64,000 nucleotides of DNA from Vulcanimicrobiota bacterium (GTDB lineage Bacteria > Vulcanimicrobiota > Xenobia > Xenobiales > JADMJV01), in assembly GCA_050250895.1 (NCBI GenBank), contig JBFWNU010000005.1:64001-128000 (forward strand), written 5' to 3'. Made by a program: the position numbers and the translations under genes. Positions within the stretch are counted from its first letter, which is position 1, and each line of letters begins with the position of its first letter. The notes under the pieces are model-generated. The model had not been told where the DNA came from. It saw nothing but the letters and a program-made list of their open reading frames with translations, and did not search any database. Shown one piece after another: positions 1 through 8,973 of the stretch.

Positions 1-207
1 GTCTGGAGGGCTCGCCGCTTCGAGCATCCTTACCTGGGCGTGCCGGGGCAGGTCCTGACCCTCAAGCCGCAACTGCTCGTGGCGTGTGGCGACCACCGCG
101 CCCTGGTGCTCGAGGAGATGGAGTTTGAAGACGGCGCAGACCCGATCCAGTCTCTAGCCATCCCGCTCGGGTCTAGCCCTCAGACACCGACGGCAACGAC
201 ACGCTGA
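1..207 (+). CDS. 3' end of a formyltransferase (Fmt/ArnA-like C-terminal domain), partial
   Basis: Frame 1 reads VWRARRFEHPYLGVPGQVLTLKPQLLVACGDHRALVLEE, resembling the PG.v.....l.VaCgdg.l.l motif of Formyl_trans_C; TGA at 205-207. Confidence 0.6.
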   Translation, partial: VWRARRFEHPYLGVPGQVLTLKPQLLVACGDHRALVLEEMEFEDGADPIQSLAIPLGSSPQTPTATTR

Positions 208-1555
208 AACAAGAGCCTTGCCCGGGTGCACTTCGGACTGACACCGAGCCGCCCGCGCTTTCGACCGCGGCTTTGACCAGCGCCAATCCCAGACCGCTTC
301 CTCCGGCGCTGCGAGCAGGATCGACCCGAAAAAACCGTTCAAAGATTCTCTCTTGATGCTGGGCCTCGATACCCGGTCCATTGTCTGCCACTTCCAGGCG
401 CAACCCGCCTGGCTCGGGCCTAGCCGTCAGGCCTACCCTTCCGCCGGCCGGCGTGTACTTGATGCCGTTGTCGAGCAGGTTGACGGTCAACAGTTCCAGA
501 GCCTGGGACGAAAGCGCCACCCGAGGCAGGTCTTGACTCAGCTCGACCACGAGTTCTGTCTGGCGCTCCTCGGCCCCAGGTCTCACCGCCTCCACGGCCC
601 GTTTGAGCGCCTGGCTGACTTCGCAAGAAGCCCCGCTCCTGCGCGACTCCTCCAGCCTGGTCAGGTCCAGCAGCGTGTTGGCCAGGCTGGCCAGGCGGTC
701 GATCTGGTCATCGAGTTCGCTCAGATAGCGCCGGGTCAGCTCCTCATCTTCGAGTCCACCATCCAGCAGAGCCTCGGTTCTTAGTTTCATGCGCGTCAGG
801 GGAGTGCGCAATTCATGGCTTGCATCTCCGACGAACCGGCGTTGGCGTTCGACCGAAGCGCGCAACTCGGTCAGCATGGTGGCGAAGGCTTGGGCCAGCG
901 AGGCTATCTCGTCGTCGCCGGTAACCGCTACAGGGGCTTGCCAGTCGCCGCTGGCCACCTTCAAAGCGCTGTCCTCGAGTTGTCGCAGTGGACCCACCAA
1001 CCGGCGACTGAGGGCAACCCCACCCACGAGAGCCAACAGCAGGGTGACCAGGCTGACGACGGCCATCCGCAGGCGGAGGCTGCGGCTGCGAGCCTCGGCC
1101 CGGGTCCGCCCTATCGCCAATCGAACCACCCCCAGGGGCCCGCCCCGGTGCGAGATGGGGGCCACCGCATAGACCCATTCGGCGTCGAGTCGATGCAACG
1201 GGCGGCCTGCCAGGGCCTCGGAGAGTTCTCGGCGCACCAGCCCGCCTTCTCCGGCCAGCGGGTGTCCGCTACGATCGGTCACCAGCACGGTAGCGCCGCT
1301 TCGCTGGGCCACCTGGGCGGCCCAACTGGCCAGATGCGGCAATTCCTCGTAGTCACCCTCTTCGAGTTCATGGAGGTAGCCCGAGAGCGGGTCCTCGAGG
1401 TAGCGAGCAGCCAGCAGCGCTTGAATTTGAAGATGATTGGCGCTTTCTTCGAGCTGGGCCTCGGAGACGAGCTGTCCAACCCCCAGATTGACCAGCAGCA
1501 GAGCCAGGCTCAAGAGCCCGCCGATCACGGCCAGGATCCGGTGTTGGATTCTCAA
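173..1555 (-). CDS. Sensor histidine kinase (2 TM, HAMP, HisKA, HATPase_c)
   Basis: H-box DASHELRTPLT, N-box NLLDNGIKY, G-boxes DNGPGI and GSGLGL; HAMP GDDEIASLAQAF. Confidence 0.95.
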   Translation of the reverse strand: MRIQHRILAVIGGLLSLALLLVNLGVGQLVSEAQLEESANHLQIQALLAARYLEDPLSGYLHELEEGDYEELPHLASWAAQVAQRSGATVLVTDRSGHPLAGEGGLVRRELSEALAGRPLHRLDAEWVYAVAPISHRGGPLGVVRLAIGRTRAEARSRSLRLRMAVVSLVTLLLALVGGVALSRRLVGPLRQLEDSALKVASGDWQAPVAVTGDDEIASLAQAFATMLTELRASVERQRRFVGDASHELRTPLTRMKLRTEALLDGGLEDEELTRRYLSELDDQIDRLASLANTLLDLTRLEESRRSGASCEVSQALKRAVEAVRPGAEERQTELVVELSQDLPRVALSSQALELLTVNLLDNGIKYTPAGGRVGLTARPEPGGLRLEVADNGPGIEAQHQERIFERFFRVDPARSAGGSGLGLALVKAAVESAGGSVSVRSAPGQGSCFSVSLPSVSEG

Positions 1556-2235
1556 GCGTCCGCCAGGCGGTAGCCCACGTTTCGCACCGTCAAAATGAGT
1601 TGAGGGCGACTCGGGTCCTGCTCGAGCTTCTCGCGAAGCCAGCGAATGTGCACATCCAGAGTCTTGGGGTCGCCGATCCAGTCGGCTCCCCAGACTGCTG
1701 CCAGCAACCGTTCGCGTTCGACCACCGCTCCGTTGGCCTCGAGCAAACCGCGCAACAGTTCGAACTCCCGAAAGGATAGATGAACCGGCTGGCCATCTCG
1801 CCGCACTTCACGCCGGGACAGGTCGACCATCAGATGACCCAGTCGCCGCTCGCTTTTCTCCTCTGTGTAGCCGACCCGGCGCAGGTTGGCCCGCACTCTG
1901 GCCAGCAGTTGACGTGTCCCGAAAGGCTTGACGATATAGTCGTCGGCTCCCAGTTCCAGTCCGACCACCTGATCCGACTCTTCGCCTCGGGCCGTGACCA
2001 TCAGAATCGGCACGGTGCTGAAACGCCGGATCTCGCGACAGACCTCGAGCCCATTCATTTTCGGCAGCATCAGATCCAGCAGCACCAGGCTCGGCGCCTG
2101 GGTGCGGGCCATTTCAAGTCCGGTCTGGCCATCAAACGCCTGCAGAACCTCGAAGCCCTCGCGACGCAAGGCCAGACCCAGCGGGTCCTGAATCATCGGG
2201 TCATCCTCGATCAGCAGGATTTTCTCGGCGGCCAC
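1552..2235 (-). CDS. OmpR/PhoB-family response regulator (probable GTG start at 2235)
   Basis: KILLIEDD, LLDLMLP, GADDYIVKPF receiver motifs; winged helix TLDVHIRWLREKLE...TVRNVGY; 4-nt overlap with the kinase. Confidence 0.95.
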   Translation of the reverse strand: MAAEKILLIEDDPMIQDPLGLALRREGFEVLQAFDGQTGLEMARTQAPSLVLLDLMLPKMNGLEVCREIRRFSTVPILMVTARGEESDQVVGLELGADDYIVKPFGTRQLLARVRANLRRVGYTEEKSERRLGHLMVDLSRREVRRDGQPVHLSFREFELLRGLLEANGAVVERERLLAAVWGADWIGDPKTLDVHIRWLREKLEQDPSRPQLILTVRNVGYRLADA

Positions 2236-2278
2236 CCTGGCTTGATTTGTGCCTGGCGAGGGGGCGTCCTTCCCGCGC

Positions 2279-2773
2279 TTAGTCGTCATCATCGTGGCGG
2301 GCGCCGCCGCCATCAACAGCAGGCGCCGACACGGCCGCCCCACTAAATTCTGTGTGGCGGAACTCGCCCCCGGCCTTAGCTGTTAGAGCCAGCGAACCGA
2401 AGGTCAACAGGGCCAGCACTGCCAGGGCTCCCAGGGGAGCGGCTGGCAGCTCCCGGTTGCGCCAACCAATCAGCGCCCCAAGCGAGAGCATGCCTAGCAC
2501 CGAGGTTGCGATCAGAGAGATCTCGGCGCGCTCTTCGTGCTCGTGAATCAGGCGCTCACTGACCCCGGCGATGTGCTCGACCTTCTCTTCGGCGGGCTCG
2601 CCGGTGAGATAGGCTGGCACGGCTGCTAGAGCCGCCAGGGCGAAGGTGGCCAGAGCGGCTCGTTTGAGGTCTGAGCTACGGGCCAATCCAGCCGCCCCCA
2701 ACAGGAGCAGGCCGAAGGGAACGCCCAGCACAGGTAGGTGATTAAGAAGCAGGTGAAGGTATGCGGTATCCAT
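2279..2773 (-). CDS. Four-TM membrane protein with conserved His (DUF2231-like)
   Basis: HLLLNHLPV N-terminus, TGE.AEE, HEHEERA; first gene of the putative operon with the two-component pair. Confidence 0.65.
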   Translation of the reverse strand: MDTAYLHLLLNHLPVLGVPFGLLLLGAAGLARSSDLKRAALATFALAALAAVPAYLTGEPAEEKVEHIAGVSERLIHEHEERAEISLIATSVLGMLSLGALIGWRNRELPAAPLGALAVLALLTFGSLALTAKAGGEFRHTEFSGAAVSAPAVDGGGARHDDDD

Positions 2774-2790
2774 ACCCTTAGCTTAGCCGA

Positions 2791-2834
2791 TCAGGGTAAA
2801 GACTGGCCAAAGCGCAGGTTAAGCTCAGGTTAAG
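2791..2834. promoter_or_regulatory. Four tandem 11-bp-phased repeats, probable OmpR-family binding site
   Basis: TCAGGGTAAAG / ACTGGCCAAAG / CGCAGGTTAAG / CTCAGGTTAAG in the divergent intergenic region upstream of the RR-HK operon. Confidence 0.6.
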
Positions 2835-2851
2835 GCCCGAAACACCGGTCC

Positions 2852-4471
2852 ATGAGCGACTTCTTTCAAGCCTTACGCCAGGCGAGGCCAAACCCCGACG
2901 GTCGGCGCTGGCTTTATGTCCCTTACGATCAGCTCAGCGACGAGCTCGGGCCGCTGGCGAGCGAGCCGGCCGAGGAACTCGGCGTCGTGCTCATCGAAAA
3001 TCCTGGCAAAGCCGCTCGCCGACCTTATCACCGCCAGAAGCTGGCTTACATCCTGGCCAACCAGCGACACTTTGCCCTCGAGCAAGCAGGCCGCGGCGTG
3101 GCGGTGCGCTATCTGGTGGCCGACAGCTATGCCCAGGCCCTGGAGTCGGTCTCTGAACTGGGACCTTTGCGCGTGATGGAGCCGGCCGAGCGCGAGCTGC
3201 GCCGGGAACTGGCCCCCCTGTTCGAGTCGGGCTTGCTCGAACAGTTGCCCCACGAAGGCTGGCTGACCACCCCCGAACAGTTCAGAAAGAGTCAGAAGTC
3301 GGGCGGCTTCAAGATGGATGCCTTCTATCGCAAGGTTCGCCAGGACACCGGAATTTTGATGCGCAACGGTTCGCCCGTCGGCGAGAAGTACAGCCACGAC
3401 GCGGCTAACCGCCAGGCCTGGTCGGGTGAGCCCGAGGCTCCCGAACCGCCCGCCTTCAAGCTAGACCCTATCAAGCGCGAGGTGGGCCAGCTGATCGAGA
3501 AGAGCTTTGGTCATCACCCCGGGCGGCTGGACCTCGAGCGCCTGCCGGCTAGCAAAGACGAGGCCGTTAGCCTGTGGGAGTGGGCCAAGCAGCATTGCCT
3601 GAAGAGCTTCGGACCCTATGAAGACGCCATGTCGTGGCGCTCGCGAGGAGTCTTTCATACTCGCATCTCGCCACTGCTCAACCTTCACCGCATCCTGCCC
3701 CGCACCGTCATCGCCGAGGTGCAACAACTCGACATTCCCTTGTCTTCCATGGAAGGCTTCGTTCGCCAGGTGATCGGCTGGCGCGAGTACGTGCGACACG
3801 TCCACCGGGAGACGGACGGCTTCCGCAGTCTGGGCGGCAGGATGAGCCGTCAGGGTGACGGCGGCTACGAGCGGTGGGCGAACCAGGCCTGGCCCGGTCA
3901 ACCCCCCGAAGAACAAGCCGAGCCCAACTTTTTCGAGGCGTCTCAGGACTTGCCCCCGGCCTACTGGGGCCGGCCCAGCGGGCTGGCGTGTCTTGACCAG
4001 GTCGTCGACGACGTGTGGTATGAAGGCTGGAGCCACCACATCACCCGCCTGATGGTCCTCTCCAACCTGGCTACGCTTTTGGATCTCTCGCCTCGCCAGC
4101 TGACCGACTGGTTCTGGGTGGCTTACATCGATGCTTTCGACTGGGTCGTCGAACCCAACGTGCTGGGCATGGGCACCTATGCGGTGGGAGAGTTGATGAC
4201 TACCAAGCCCTATATCTCGGGGGCTGCCTACATCCACCGCATGAGCGACTACTGCCAGCGGTGCCGCTTTGATCCCAAAAAGGACTGCCCTATTACCCGT
4301 CTGTACTGGGCCTTTTTGGGCCGCCACGCCGAGCGTCTCGAGGGCAACTTTCGTCTGGCCATGCCGCTACGCAGCCTGGCCAAACGTAGTGCGGCCAACA
4401 AAGCCAAAGACGCCGAAACCTTCGAGCGGGTGCTCGCAACCCTCCAGGCCGGAGGCCGGCTCGAGCCTTAG
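2852..4471 (+). CDS. Fe-S cluster cryptochrome/(6-4) photolyase (FeS-BCP, PhrB/CryB-like)
   Basis: YDQL, HRQKL, FGPYEDAM, HHITRLM, YIDAFDWVVEPNVLGM, KPYISGAAYIHRMSDYCQRC...DCP with candidate Fe-S cysteines. Confidence 0.92.
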   Translation: MSDFFQALRQARPNPDGRRWLYVPYDQLSDELGPLASEPAEELGVVLIENPGKAARRPYHRQKLAYILANQRHFALEQAGRGVAVRYLVADSYAQALESVSELGPLRVMEPAERELRRELAPLFESGLLEQLPHEGWLTTPEQFRKSQKSGGFKMDAFYRKVRQDTGILMRNGSPVGEKYSHDAANRQAWSGEPEAPEPPAFKLDPIKREVGQLIEKSFGHHPGRLDLERLPASKDEAVSLWEWAKQHCLKSFGPYEDAMSWRSRGVFHTRISPLLNLHRILPRTVIAEVQQLDIPLSSMEGFVRQVIGWREYVRHVHRETDGFRSLGGRMSRQGDGGYERWANQAWPGQPPEEQAEPNFFEASQDLPPAYWGRPSGLACLDQVVDDVWYEGWSHHITRLMVLSNLATLLDLSPRQLTDWFWVAYIDAFDWVVEPNVLGMGTYAVGELMTTKPYISGAAYIHRMSDYCQRCRFDPKKDCPITRLYWAFLGRHAERLEGNFRLAMPLRSLAKRSAANKAKDAETFERVLATLQAGGRLEP

Positions 4472-4995
4472 GCGAGCATCTGCTGAAGAGTTTTGACCAC
4501 CTTCAGGTTGCGCATGGTCATCGAGACACCCAGGCCCTTTTCGAAGTAGGCGTTGGTCAGTTTACTGCGACCGATACCGTCGGGACAATGCAGATAGACG
4601 GCCCGACCGATCACCGAGAACTGTTCGCTCTCTTTTTTGACGGGCTTGAGTTCGACCTCGGCGGGCTCTCGGTCGAGAAAGCCCACGAAAACGCGGGTCG
4701 GACTCTCTTCGCCCGCTTTGGCATAGGGGTTGGCAGCCGCGATTTCGTCCATCGTCTCGGAAGAGATGACCATCACCGAGACCTCGTAGCCCCACTTCTC
4801 TTTGATGGCCCCGCTAATGGTGTCGGCCAGCTTCTTGGGAGAGCCCTTAGCCAGGAAGACGACATTGCCGGTCTGGATGTAGCTTTCCACATCCTGGAAG
4901 CCTTGTTCGCGAAACAGATCGCGCAATTCAGCCATGGCGATTTTGTTGTGCCCCCCAACATTGATGCCCCTCAGCAGGGCCAGCCACTTTTGCAT
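4468..4995 (-). CDS. DUF1697 domain protein
   Basis: ALLRGINVGGHNKIAMAEL...YIQTGNVVF...GIGRSKL...TMRN signature. Confidence 0.9.
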   Translation of the reverse strand: MQKWLALLRGINVGGHNKIAMAELRDLFREQGFQDVESYIQTGNVVFLAKGSPKKLADTISGAIKEKWGYEVSVMVISSETMDEIAAANPYAKAGEESPTRVFVGFLDREPAEVELKPVKKESEQFSVIGRAVYLHCPDGIGRSKLTNAYFEKGLGVSMTMRNLKVVKTLQQMLA

Positions 4996-5237
4996 GGGCC
5001 GTGCTTCCAGGTTGGAAAGCGACTCCCTGGGCCAAATCATTAGGATTTCTTTAGAGGCTAGAGGGTGTTTTTGATCGTCGCCAACGCCACGCCGGCCTAT
5101 GCTGATGCCATGTTGGAGATCGTCATCGGACTGGCTATCCTTTTCCTCACGTTGGTTGCTCTAGCCTCGGCTCTGGCCGAGATCAAGGGAAACCGGCCGT
5201 CCTCTTGCGAACCATGGGGCTCGGAGGGACAAGCCGG

Positions 5238-5672
5238 ATGCAGCGAATCGAGCAATACCTTGACCTGATGCTTCACGTGCTCAGGGCCGACGGGGTCGTC
5301 GACCCGGCCGAGCGAGAGAAATTCATGGCTATCATGGTCGAAGGCTTGCAGCTTCGACCCGAACTGGTCGAACGTTACCGCAAGGCTCTGGAATGCTCGG
5401 ATTGGACCGAGGTCAGCGACGATGAGTTGGCGGCCCTGGGAGAGGGCCTCGAGCCTGGCTCCATCGCTCACATGGTCAAAGATGCCTATGCCATGGCCGA
5501 GGCTGACGGCAACTTCGATGTCAGCGAACTGGTCCTGGTGCGGCGTTTCCTCAAGGCGATCGGGATTCCCGAGACGCGCATGGAGGCTATCGACAACTGG
5601 GCCCGGGTGTCGCTCGAAGTGGCCCGCAAGGGCGAGCGCCTCTTTGTGCGGGTCCCTCAGGAGGCTCGCTAG
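5238..5672 (+). CDS. TerB-like (tellurite resistance TerB family) protein
   Basis: Two ADG repeats: RADGVVDPAERE and MAEADGNFDVSE; SD-like GGAGGG upstream. Confidence 0.75.
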   Translation: MQRIEQYLDLMLHVLRADGVVDPAEREKFMAIMVEGLQLRPELVERYRKALECSDWTEVSDDELAALGEGLEPGSIAHMVKDAYAMAEADGNFDVSELVLVRRFLKAIGIPETRMEAIDNWARVSLEVARKGERLFVRVPQEAR

Positions 5673-5840
5673 ATGTCGGGGTTTTCGGCCTTTGCCGCTG
5701 CCTCGTTTCAGATGAAGAAGCTAGCCGAAGGGGCGGTGGCCTTCAGCTTCCACGAGCAAGCCGACGGGTTTGCCGAGAGTCTTGACGACGGCATCACTCT
5801 GAGCCCTCAGGCGCTGGCCTTCTTGCACGACGAGGAGTAA
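5673..5840 (+). CDS. Small 55-aa hypothetical protein (not in the ORF track)
   Basis: ATG immediately after the TerB stop; MSGFSAFAAASFQMKKLAEGAVAFSFHEQADGFAESLDDGITLSPQALAFLHDEE*. Confidence 0.45.
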   Translation: MSGFSAFAAASFQMKKLAEGAVAFSFHEQADGFAESLDDGITLSPQALAFLHDEE

Positions 5841-5960
5841 AGAAATTAGGCCGCCCGCAGGCGGCCTTCGCGAAGGTGGTGGGCCACCTTCCCCATTGTT
5901 GGAGCCGAGTTCGTCGGCTCACCCCTATCCCCGTGTTGGACTGAGGGCACAGCCTCAGTC
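5841..5960 (-). ncRNA. Candidate structured small RNA ending in an intrinsic terminator
   Basis: Four consecutive hairpins and a repeated TCCAACA(C/AT)GGGGA motif; the last hairpin is followed by AATTTCTTT on the minus strand. Confidence 0.4.
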
Positions 5961-6034
5961 TAAACGCTGTTTACAAAATTGTAACAAAGTGAGTATAGCA
6001 CATCGAGAAAAGGCGAGCAACCGAGAGGTTTGGA

Positions 6035-6643
6035 CTAGTTCCTCATGCGGACCACGCCCTCGAGACGGACTCGTTCTTCATCGCTGCGACCGTAGCGTTG
6101 CTTGCGAGCATCGAGGGTCACCCTCAGCAGGGGTTCGTTGGTGGGCGGTTGGGAGTCTAGAAAGAAGGAGCAATCGTAGATGTCGGACGCCAGCCGGCGT
6201 CCGGCCGTGAGATACCCCGTGATGTTGGTCCCGGTGCTCGAGATAGGAGCGGCCGTGGTGGTGGGGGACGCCAGGGGGACCTCGCGACGAAGCACCTGCC
6301 GGGTGGCCGGGTCGTGATAGAGGACGACGTATTTCTGCCACAGTGGCTGGCCGGCCGCGTCCACCTGAAAGTCGGTGTCGTAGACGGCCGAGAGAAAAGC
6401 GACCGAGCCATTGTTGGGGCCAATCGTCACCGAGTCATAGACCGTCTGCTCGGCGTCGCGCGAGAAGCGGCTCAGCACCGCCTGGTTGGCGCGCACCAGA
6501 TCGGTGGCCGCGTTGGTGCGCATCAGGGCGTTGGAACCCAGGCGATAGATGGCGAAGATGGCAGCTGTCAGCAACCCGAGTAGACAGGCCGAGATGAGCA
6601 CCTCAGGCAAGGTGAAGGCCTTATGGGTAGAGGTAGGTTTCAA
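6035..6643 (-). CDS. Type IV minor pilin/pseudopilin (PilW-like), probable TTG start
   Basis: Class III signal HKA|FTLPEVLISACLLGLLTAAIFAIY with E5. Confidence 0.8.
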   Translation of the reverse strand: MKPTSTHKAFTLPEVLISACLLGLLTAAIFAIYRLGSNALMRTNAATDLVRANQAVLSRFSRDAEQTVYDSVTIGPNNGSVAFLSAVYDTDFQVDAAGQPLWQKYVVLYHDPATRQVLRREVPLASPTTTAAPISSTGTNITGYLTAGRRLASDIYDCSFFLDSQPPTNEPLLRVTLDARKQRYGRSDEERVRLEGVVRMRN

Positions 6644-7049
6644 GCTCGACCTTATGATTGCGTCCCCAGCGAATCTGGACCTGCACGGAACGGGGCGGAC
6701 TGATGGCTCCAACCACCGGCACGGTATCGGTGCGCACGATGATGTCGTAGCGCGTCCCATCGATGGTGGAGCTGGGGTAGGGCGTGGGAGGAAACCCGGT
6801 TCCAGCCGGTGGGGTCGGCACCGTGGCGCTGCCGTCAAAGAGGTTCTGGCCGGGCGGAATGGACGCGTAGCCCTGGGCTCGCGCCCGATCCAGCACCTGG
6901 CGGCCCAGCTCGCCGGCGGTGGCCAGCTGGGTCGACTGGGCGCTGAGCGTCACTCCGCCAAGAAAGACCTGGATAGTCCCCAGCAAAGCCACCGCCAGGA
7001 TCCCCAGGGCCACCACCACCTCCATGATGGTAAAGGCCCGTCGTCTCAC
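6621..7049 (-). CDS. Type IV minor pilin (PilV-like)
   Basis: MRRRA|FTIMEVVVALGILAVALLG; C-terminal VQVQIRW strand. Confidence 0.85.
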   Translation of the reverse strand: MRRRAFTIMEVVVALGILAVALLGTIQVFLGGVTLSAQSTQLATAGELGRQVLDRARAQGYASIPPGQNLFDGSATVPTPPAGTGFPPTPYPSSTIDGTRYDIIVRTDTVPVVGAISPPRSVQVQIRWGRNHKVELETYLYP

Positions 7050-8878
7050 TAGCGGGCCACCCAGGTGGTCACCGTCATGGGTCCGGTGGCCGCCTGCGAA
7101 GTGTCGTCGAAATAGGCCTTGTTGTAGGTGATGCTGGTGCCGCTATTCAGCAGAACGTCTCCGGGAGCCACCGTTTGGCCGTTGATGTCGACGGGCTGTT
7201 GCGAGCCGTCGTCGTTGGCGATGACCGCGCCCACAATGTTGACCTGATTGTCGGCATAGAAGTAGCCGTTGGTGTAGATCACTCCCTGGAAGTTCGAACT
7301 TCCCAGGCGACCGAAGCCAATCTGCTGATGGATGGAAAGCACCTGACCCCAGAGGTGGGCGTGGGTGGTGTACTGGTCGCCTACGCTGTCGAGCAGACCG
7401 GCGTGGGTGGAGGGGATGTCGGGATTGAAGTTGTTGAGGACATTGAGGTCTCCGCCCAGGTGGCTGCCGCCCCCTTTGAACAGGTCCGAGACATAGGTCA
7501 ACCGCTTGACCATGAACTGCTCGGTCGGACCGCTGCCAGCGGCGTTGACCACCGTGGCAATTTTTTCTAGCACGGCCTCGTCGCTACCGCCGAAGCCGGG
7601 CTGGCCGGTATTGAACGGCGCCAGAGTGCGCTGGATGTCGACCCGGCGGTCGCGCACGGTGGTGCCGAAGTCGGCCACCCCGTAGTTCTGCATATCGGTA
7701 TCGAGGGCGTCGAGAGCGGTCTTGGCCTGGTCCCACCAGAGGGACAACTGGGGATTGCCCTGAGCCGTGGCCAGGTCCTGGATGTATTGGTCTCCGTCGA
7801 AACCGGTGAGTTCGACGCTGCCCTTGCTGAAGATCGAGACCTTGCGATCGTTGTTGGTCACGATGGTGGCGTCACCGCGAAAGACGGTGGCCGGCTCGTC
7901 GGGGTCGGCGCCGTTCACGTAGAGCCCCCCATCGCCGGTGATCGACCCGTTGACGGTCACCTTGCCGTTGACATAGAGGGTGGCGCCGTTGAGCACCAGA
8001 TCGCCATTGACCAGCAGGTCTCCGTCATAGTAGAAGTCTTCCGGAGTGCCGCTGCCCAGAGTGGCTCCACCCACGGCGGGAACGGTGGCCGGCGTGGCCG
8101 TCTGTTTAGCCAGGATTTCCGCCTCGATGTCGACGGTGGGAAAGGGCTTGGCGCTGGCGTTGTTCTGGGTCGGCGGGCTGCCTCCGAGGGTGGCGCCGGT
8201 GAGGCTGATGCCCGAGGCCGCCACTGCACTGACCGTGCCGGCGATGGTAGCGGTGGTGCCGGGGTCCTGGGTCCACTTGATCAGGTCCGGGTCGCTACCG
8301 GCAAAGTTCGAGTGAATGCCCGCCGGTTCAGGGGTGGGATCGTCGAGGGCCCCGATGCCCTCGACGCGTACGTCTCCTCGCATGTGGACCCGGCCCGAGT
8401 TGAGCAGAGCCACGTCCACCTCGGGGCCTCCACCCCGCCGCACCAGCACCTCGACTACGCGCTCGACCGGGCCCACCCGGGCTACCACCACCAGATCGGC
8501 CACGCCCGGGGGTACGGTGCCGTCGCCCCGAGGGCCATTGACCACGGCCAGTCCGGCCAGGTTGTTGACCGACTCGTGCTTACCTACCGACTGGGTGTCG
8601 GCGTTGGTATTGAAGATCAGAGTGTAGCTGCCCCGGCCCCCCAACAACGTGGTCGAGTTGAACCCGCCCACCCAGGCCCGGTTGGCCTCGAGTTCGGCCA
8701 GGGCGTGAGCCACGCCCGCTTCGGCTGCGCCCAGCGCAGCCAGGCGGTCGGTGTGGCCTCTGGTCGTGAAGTTGCCCCCGGTGGCCCCGGCCACAATGGC
8801 CACGAGCATGATCATCAGCACCGTGGCGAATAAGAGCGCTGTAATGAGGGCGATGCCCCGCCGTGTCCCGTTCCCCAT
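7049..8878 (-). CDS. Large PilX/GspK-like pilin
   Basis: RRG|IALITALLF lacking E5, followed by ALGAAEAGVAHAL; beta-rich C-terminal region. Confidence 0.75.
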   Translation of the reverse strand: MGNGTRRGIALITALLFATVLMIMLVAIVAGATGGNFTTRGHTDRLAALGAAEAGVAHALAELEANRAWVGGFNSTTLLGGRGSYTLIFNTNADTQSVGKHESVNNLAGLAVVNGPRGDGTVPPGVADLVVVARVGPVERVVEVLVRRGGGPEVDVALLNSGRVHMRGDVRVEGIGALDDPTPEPAGIHSNFAGSDPDLIKWTQDPGTTATIAGTVSAVAASGISLTGATLGGSPPTQNNASAKPFPTVDIEAEILAKQTATPATVPAVGGATLGSGTPEDFYYDGDLLVNGDLVLNGATLYVNGKVTVNGSITGDGGLYVNGADPDEPATVFRGDATIVTNNDRKVSIFSKGSVELTGFDGDQYIQDLATAQGNPQLSLWWDQAKTALDALDTDMQNYGVADFGTTVRDRRVDIQRTLAPFNTGQPGFGGSDEAVLEKIATVVNAAGSGPTEQFMVKRLTYVSDLFKGGGSHLGGDLNVLNNFNPDIPSTHAGLLDSVGDQYTTHAHLWGQVLSIHQQIGFGRLGSSNFQGVIYTNGYFYADNQVNIVGAVIANDDGSQQPVDINGQTVAPGDVLLNSGTSITYNKAYFDDTSQAATGPMTVTTWVAR

Positions 8879-8973
8879 GTTAACATAATAGCAACAAATC
8901 GACCGGTTTGCACCCATCCAAAAGTAGCGAAATCGACAGGATGGCTGGGGGCGAACGGGCGAATGCGAACCGC

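Noticed and set aside
5065-5268. 67-aa ORF with one hydrophobic stretch
   Set aside because: Weak start context and overlap with TerB; could be real but cannot be supported.
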